Source: an uncultured delta proteobacterium (GTDB lineage Bacteria; Myxococcota_A; Polyangia; Haliangiales; Haliangiaceae). From it: DNA of 64,000 nt. The DNA lies in NCBI GenBank assembly GCA_963743525.1, contig CAVUQH010000003.1, positions 608,001-672,000 of the forward strand, given 5' to 3'. Of the stretch, positions 61,201 through 64,000 are shown one piece after another. The notes beneath the pieces are model-generated. The model was not told where the DNA came from. It made no database searches and worked only from the letters and a program-made list of their open reading frames with translations. A program made the position numbers and the translations under genes. How positions within the stretch are numbered: the first letter of the stretch is position 1; every line of letters begins with the position of its first letter.

Positions 61201-61908
61201 GGCGTCACCCTCGGACCGGCGCTGGTCTTTGCCGGCCGCGCCGATGACGCAGCGGCCTGTTTCGAACGCGTCATCTCTCTGTCCGAGCGCGAGGGCGACC
61301 GCTTCCATCTGTGCGCCGCCTACGCCAACCGGTTGTTCCTGTGGCGCAACCAGCCGGAGCAGGCCGAGGCCGATCTGCGCCGCGCGGTGGAGCTGGCGCG
61401 GGAGATTGGTCACCCGCTGCTCGAGCGCGTGGTCAGCCACAACCTGTCCGAGCTGCTCTACTGGCAGGGGCGCGTCAACGAAGCGCTGCCGTTGGCGCGG
61501 CGCGGTCGTCTCCTGCAGGAGCGGTTCCTGCCCGCGCCGGTCGCCGACGACGCGCTGCTGCTGGCTCGTGTCACCGCGGCCGCCGGCGCTGCCGGCGAGT
61601 CGCGCCAGTGGCTCGACTGGGTCGAGGCCAACGTGCCCGAGGCAGCGCGCGCGCCGAGCGATCGGGTCGTCTCGGCCCTTCTGTCGCTGGTCGTCGACGG
61701 CGACATCGACGGTGGGCGATGGACAGCGGTGCTCGCCGACGCGCGAACGGCGCTCGCTCCCGAGGAGCTTCTCGAGGCGATGCACTGGGCGGTTGTTGCC
61801 GGTGATCCGGAGCAGCGCGACGATCTTCTCGCCGAAGCGCGGGAGCTTGCCGCGGAGCACCCGATCTGGTCGCGCCGATTCGCCGGCGACGTCCTGTCAC
61901 CCGGCTGA
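58300..61908 (+). CDS. Ser/Thr kinase - degenerate cyclase-like - AAA (STAND-like) - TPR protein
   Basis: CTHC..C Zn ribbon, [54 protein letters not shown]; helical repeats. Confidence 0.9.
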   Translation: MAHCTHCGRRLPPGAICPADGTALAASAESPTAPPVIDGFTVGERLGGGGFAEVYAARAADDSEVALKVARVASPLARERLAREADALARIGPPRVPALFGRGESGDGRPYLALELVPGEPVAQRLARLDQPMPAREAVALIDAVAAALEVAHAAGCIHRDLKPENVILTPDEQVVLIDFGAVRSESADGRTTTGGWLVGTSIYMAPEQLAGGALTPAVDLYAAGVMLYECLTGCVPFFGDVASVEHAHRLLRPRRPSELAPVPRDLDDLVMACLAKDPARRPAGAAALREALAAVELGALSQSASSTTTRLGEETRPVVLLAVEGALLGPDVADVVRAGRGLVARHYRRGFVCAFCDADDDDPATSALALARELVTAHGARTVAHLSELHVRDGHRGRRVYGVEVDRPEAWLPASAWAGFVVTAALADALPETRADDELPGFARAVGSVSPRQQPPLIGRDRLLADLAAEASAAVAAGSSLLTTVIGGRGTGKSRLAGELARRLPAALPGARVVSGAGELSGDGPVAARLVAAARRQPLALIVDDAHRAGDALLDALELATLEGDLPLVVIAIGEPRLEARRPHWGQRAHRAVRHDLQPLSVNDAMSLAAALLFPAEYVPADGLRRLAEWAGGNPFLLSEAVVRLKREGALQRRPRADSFYLDAAYLDRLPTSPAAQWIAVRELHAMEPELAACARVCSVLGASFDRDELASVIDAAARAGLAATAVDADAGLREIARRGLLADDGDGRWRFARPLLRDAVYRALPAGDRTRLHELAFDYWRRGDRADSDRGLAAAARHAAGSGHAREAAERFVQLGDRRRQCHKFVAAEEAYNAALEHDPDGELRWRALLGRGIMRYCVQRLDDAIADLRAARAAAPSPAVEARALLEEATVLDSAEDFTASAARADAARPLVEATGDPRLAVRLRFAEGRSRWRAEDPHGAAVLLQEACDRARELGDAETEIVAGVTLGPALVFAGRADDAAACFERVISLSEREGDRFHLCAAYANRLFLWRNQPEQAEADLRRAVELAREIGHPLLERVVSHNLSELLYWQGRVNEALPLARRGRLLQERFLPAPVADDALLLARVTAAAGAAGESRQWLDWVEANVPEAARAPSDRVVSALLSLVVDGDIDGGRWTAVLADARTALAPEELLEAMHWAVVAGDPEQRDDLLAEARELAAEHPIWSRRFAGDVLSPG

Positions 61909-61993
61909 CTGGCGAAGATCATTCGGGTCGACTGTCGGGAATGTCCCCGACAACGTTGGTTTTGTGGGCTCTGCTACCTTGGGGAAGAGCGAC

Positions 61994-62803
61994 GTGATCC
62001 GGCTTCCCGCCATAGCTGGCTGCGTCATGGCAGCCACCATTCTCTTCGGAGCTTGCGCCGTCGATCCGGATTTGGGTCGCTCGGACCAGGCGATGGAGAG
62101 CGAGAACGCGTTGTCGTACAACGCGCTGTCGTACAACGCGCTGTCGTACAACGCGCTGTCGTACAACGCGCTGTCGTACAACGCGCTGTCGTCCGGCGAC
62201 TTGCTGTTCGATCAGAACAACACCAACCTGGCCAGCACTCCCGACGGCCGGCAGGTGCTCAAGTACATCGCCCGCTGCGCGCTGCCACTAGGGATCGACC
62301 TGATTGCGGAAGTCAACGGACAGACGTATACGTTTCCCGGTCGTCTCGGGCTGACGCCCGACTGGGCCGACCACCCCCTCAGCGCCAGCGGCCGCCGCTG
62401 GATGACCGCGTGTCTCCTCGCCCACACCAACTACTTCGGGATCACGGTGCCGATCTCGCTGCGCGGCGAGACCGCTGCGCTGGCGACCTCGACCGGCGAG
62501 CGGGACGCGTATCCAGTGGCCGAAGCGGCGTTCTTCGGCGACCTGTTCGCCGACCCACCGTACACCGCCTCGTGCATCGCCCCGCACCAGACCGGCGACT
62601 CGCCGTATCTGGATCTGCGCGTCTGTGCCGAGCCGGACGGCGACACGTCCAAGTGCGGCTTCGGCCTGGCCGGCTACTGCAGCTGGTGGACGGTCTGCGC
62701 GTCGGCCGGCAGCGATGGCCACTATCGCGACTGTCGCCTCGACTCGAGCATGCCCCGGGTCGGCGAAGTCATCACCGTCTACCTGCCCGATCAACAGCTG
62801 TAG
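61994..62803 (+). CDS. Exported Cys-rich lipoprotein with (NALSY) pentapeptide repeats
   Basis: LFGAC lipobox; NALSY x5 + NALSS; LKYIARCALP...GLTPDW...RWMTACLLAHTN..G..VPISLRG domain. Confidence 0.8.
   Translation: MIRLPAIAGCVMAATILFGACAVDPDLGRSDQAMESENALSYNALSYNALSYNALSYNALSYNALSSGDLLFDQNNTNLASTPDGRQVLKYIARCALPLGIDLIAEVNGQTYTFPGRLGLTPDWADHPLSASGRRWMTACLLAHTNYFGITVPISLRGETAALATSTGERDAYPVAEAAFFGDLFADPPYTASCIAPHQTGDSPYLDLRVCAEPDGDTSKCGFGLAGYCSWWTVCASAGSDGHYRDCRLDSSMPRVGEVITVYLPDQQL
62105..62191 (+). repeat. 15-bp tandem repeat, about 5.8 units
   Basis: (AACGCGCTGTCGTAC)n with a single C>T variant in the first unit. Confidence 0.97.
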
Positions 62804-62813
62804 CGAGGCGTCG

Positions 62814-64000
<1,187 letters not shown>

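Noticed and set aside
62105..62191. CRISPR or non-coding repeat
   Set aside because: No spacers; in-frame 15-bp units inside a CDS with a signal peptide

Overview
High-GC, gene-dense chromosomal window that reads as a myxobacterium (Myxococcota): aroQ-accB-accC-sgmX synteny, Zn-ribbon/GYF/TPR protein, PilZ proteins, Ser/Thr kinases and a MYXO-CTERM-like protease. About 60 CDS can be supported. I saw no rRNA, tRNA, CRISPR array or transposase. Main observations: (1) a dispersed 64-nt non-coding element with fixed spacing (GGGGACACGCAC...CCAATC), found singly at 10.2 and 29.2 kb and as an inverted/tandem cluster at 56.6-57.0 kb; (2) a probable selenoprotein missed by the ORF track (C_GCAxxG_C_C family, in-frame UGA at 47158-47156 followed by a SECIS-like hairpin); (3) an LtrA-KirBac K+ channel fusion; (4) an orphan short-spike/PAAR/methyltransferase module with no secretion machine nearby; (5) a kinase-AAA-TPR / (NALSY)-repeat exported protein / kinase triad; (6) repeated TANNNT boxes 6 nt before start codons, suggesting leaderless mRNAs; (7) four single-base homopolymer frameshifts that probably reflect assembly errors. 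All family calls come from motif recognition by eye; no searches were run.
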